Source: Malacoraja senta (taxonomy: Eukaryota). From it: a stretch of DNA of 64,000 bases. Shown here one piece after another: positions 61,451-64,000 of this stretch. Under the pieces are notes generated by a model. It saw only the letters and a program-made list of their open reading frames with translations, was not told the DNA's origin and ran no database searches. Made by a program: the position numbers and the translations under genes. Position 1 is the first letter of the stretch. Each line of letters begins with the position of its first letter. The stretch lies in contig CM076001.1 of the NCBI GenBank assembly GCA_038087875.1, positions 1 to 64,000 on the forward strand, read 5' to 3'.

Positions 61451-62211
61451 CATATGCTGAATAATCCAACCACATCTTTGTTTGGAAGTGGAAAGAAATA
61501 AGAGAAATTGCATTCATTGCAACGTGTAAAAAGAATTGAGATACTGTATTATAATTTTGCTGCATGTCATTGTGGTATATATCATGTCTTGATTGGTGAA
61601 TATCTTTAGTTTGTGACTTTATTTGAAGCAGAAATAATATGTGAATGCTACTTTGAGCATAATTCCGACTGGTAACTACGCACTTCGTCCGAGCACATTA
61701 TCGCACGCGTCATGCAAGCCATCTTAAACTGTCATTTGGCAACTTGAAAAGCTGCCAGAAAAATTACGTGAGAGCCCTGCAAGGTGTTTAATATTTTTGA
61801 CAAGTCATAGGCTTTTCTTATATATGCTGTCACAACGCACTGTAGTATTTAAACAACCCTTCAGTAATTTTCCTTGCTGTCCATTTCAGAATACTAGTGT
61901 TTTAAGCCAATAACTCGACACTAGCACTGGCAATAAATAAATAAATAAAAGCACAGCTTTCCAGCCCCTTATCTCATTGGCCACGCTCGGCTGCAAATCG
62001 GTGTCAATCTGGTGTACCAACTTCCTCTTGTCGTGGGGGTGGGGGATTGGGAGGGGCCTCACAAGTGGAACAGCTTAGGGCCTCTCTTCATCCAAATCTG
62101 GCCCTGTATCCAACATTAACATGAACTCCTTTCATTTTACTCTCTGCATCCTAACTTGCACAAACTCCATTATGGTTTTCCATTGTTCATTTTTTGTTGG
62201 AAAACACTTAC

Positions 62212-62828
62212 AGAAACATAGAAACATAGAAAATAGGTGCAGGAGGAGGCCATTCGGCACTTCGAGCAAGCACCGCCATTCATTGTGATCATGGCTGATG
62301 GTCCCCAATCAATAACCCGTGCCTGCCTTCTCCCCATATCCCTTGATTCCACTAGCCCCTTGCTCTCTATCTAATTATCTCTTAAATCCATCCAGTGATT
62401 TAGCCTCCACTGCCCTCTGTGGCAGGGAATTCCACAAATTCACAACTCTCTGGGTGAAAATGTTTTTTCTCACCTCAGTCTAAAATGGCCTCCCCTTTAT
62501 TCTAAGACTGTGGCCCCTGGTTCTGGACTCGCCCAACATTGGGAACATTTTTACTGCATCTAGCTTGTCCAGTCCTTTTATAATTTTACATGCTCCTATA
62601 AGATATCCCCTCATCCTTCTAAACTCCAGTGAATACAAGAATAGTCTTTTCAATCTTTGCTCATATGACAGTCCCGCCATCCCAGGGATCAATCTCGTGA
62701 ACCTACGCTGCACTGCCTCAATCACAAGGATGTCCTTCCTCAAATTAGGAGACCAAAACTGTACACAATACTCCAGATGTGGTCTTATCAGCGCCCTATA
62801 CAACTGCAGAAGAACCTCTTTACTCCTG
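62212..62828 (-). mobile_element. CR1 LINE 3' fragment
   Basis: LIRPHLEYCVQFWSP...RTRGHSLRIKG; near-identical to 27168-27790. Confidence 0.92.
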
Positions 62829-64000
62829 TGAATGTATACTCTTTACTCCCATAGAATGAAGAGAGACATCAAAGGAAGGGCATTGCATCGTCCAAGCCCA
62901 CTACACATGATAATGGCGGATCCTCTATCTCAATACATTTTCCTGTTCTCTCCCGGAAATCCTTGAATCATTTATTGTCTGGAAATCTATCTTAAACCAT
63001 TCTAAATAGGAGGATTCTCTGACAGAGAATTTCACCGCACTGTGTAAAGACATCTCTAATCTTAATCAGAAATATCTTAAGCATACCCTGAGTGCAAAAA
63101 CACCTACGAATGTCAGGTGAATTTCAAGATGCAATATTTGACCTCCAGGAAAAGTGACTTCCTTACCTTCAGCCAAGCATCCCTCTGAGAGTCCATCTCG
63201 ATGTTATTGTATATCTTCACATTCCTGTACTTCTGGCCCTGAATCTTCTCTGCCTTTAATCTCACTTCTTCATTTTGATCATTGTTTATAAAATGTCATA
63301 AATGGGGGAGAAATCAGAGTTTCAGATATAAAGATGAAACTGCATTCCATTGTCAGTGTAGTGCATCTAATCCCACTCATATTGATACTGGATCATGTTA
63401 CTAGACACTTTACAGGTTTGCCCACATTTATAAAGGCTCAAAGTCAACAGAAGTTATTATTGTTGTTGCAGTTGGAGCCTGTGGCCTGGTCATTGATGCA
63501 TTTGAGTCTTTAATCAGGCGGAAGGTGCTCCCCAAGAATGCTAGAACGAAGGAGGCTTCAAAAAGTGGTGGCCATTGCCCGGTCCATCACAGGTAATCTC
63601 CCCACCAGAAAGGGATCTACAAGAAGACAGCTAATATCATCAAAGACCCACACCAGGCTGGCACGTTCTCATCTCTCTATTACTGTTGAAAAGTAGTGCA
63701 TGAATCTGAGAATCGTTATCTCCAGTGTCAAGGACAATCTCTGATGAAAGTCCATCAACCAACAGACTCTTTAATCACACTGTACGATCCCAACCACACT
63801 CTTACCTCCGCACTGCACTACTATGGACTTTGCACTAAGGTAGCACAACATTCTTTGGCTTGTATTCTCACGGGTTTAGTAGAATAGTGACGATTTATTG
63901 TATATCCTTGTATTATGTTGTGCTTCATGGGCATGTCAAGCTGCATTTAGTTAGAATTGCATTATTTCAGGTGGTATATTAACAGTTAAACACTCTTGAT

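Larger units (their letters stand above)
58800..62106. mobile_element. Non-autonomous hAT element (about 3.3 kb including nested SINE/Penelope repeats and the gap)
   Basis: TIR CAGGGCCGGATTT / AAATCTGGCCCTG; perfect 8-bp TSD TATCCAAC (58792-58799, 62107-62114); subterminal GGGCCTC repeats at both ends. Confidence 0.9.

Noticed and set aside
63165-63300. Open minus-strand frame ending at a strong AAG|GTAAGG donor
   Set aside because: No convincing acceptor and no recognisable protein, so not called as an exon.

Overview
This is eukaryotic, repeat-dominated DNA with no confidently identifiable host protein-coding gene. The repeat content (HE1/V-SINE-type SINEs, HER1/CR1 LINEs, dense Penelope-derived repeats) points to a cartilaginous fish, probably a skate or ray (inference). 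The window is a stack of nested, mostly decayed mobile elements: CR1, L2, Rex1/Babar, RTE-X and L1 LINEs; Penelope-like fragments with many minimal hammerhead motifs; a structurally complete DIRS1 element; a Gypsy provirus and a separate solo LTR; Harbinger, hAT and Helitron-type DNA elements; satellites; and one N-gap. The most striking observation is three unrelated families of very short (about 125-180 bp) retroposons, four copies in all (35626, 41300, 47751, 48150). Each begins at or within 1 nt of G1 of a minimal, P4-less, CPEB3/HDV-like ribozyme fold, ends in an (AAG)n tail and is flanked by a target-site duplication. A near full-length L2 element with a signal-peptide-like leader and a 2A-like NPGP motif is also notable. 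All pairings and coordinates were read by eye; no database searches were run.
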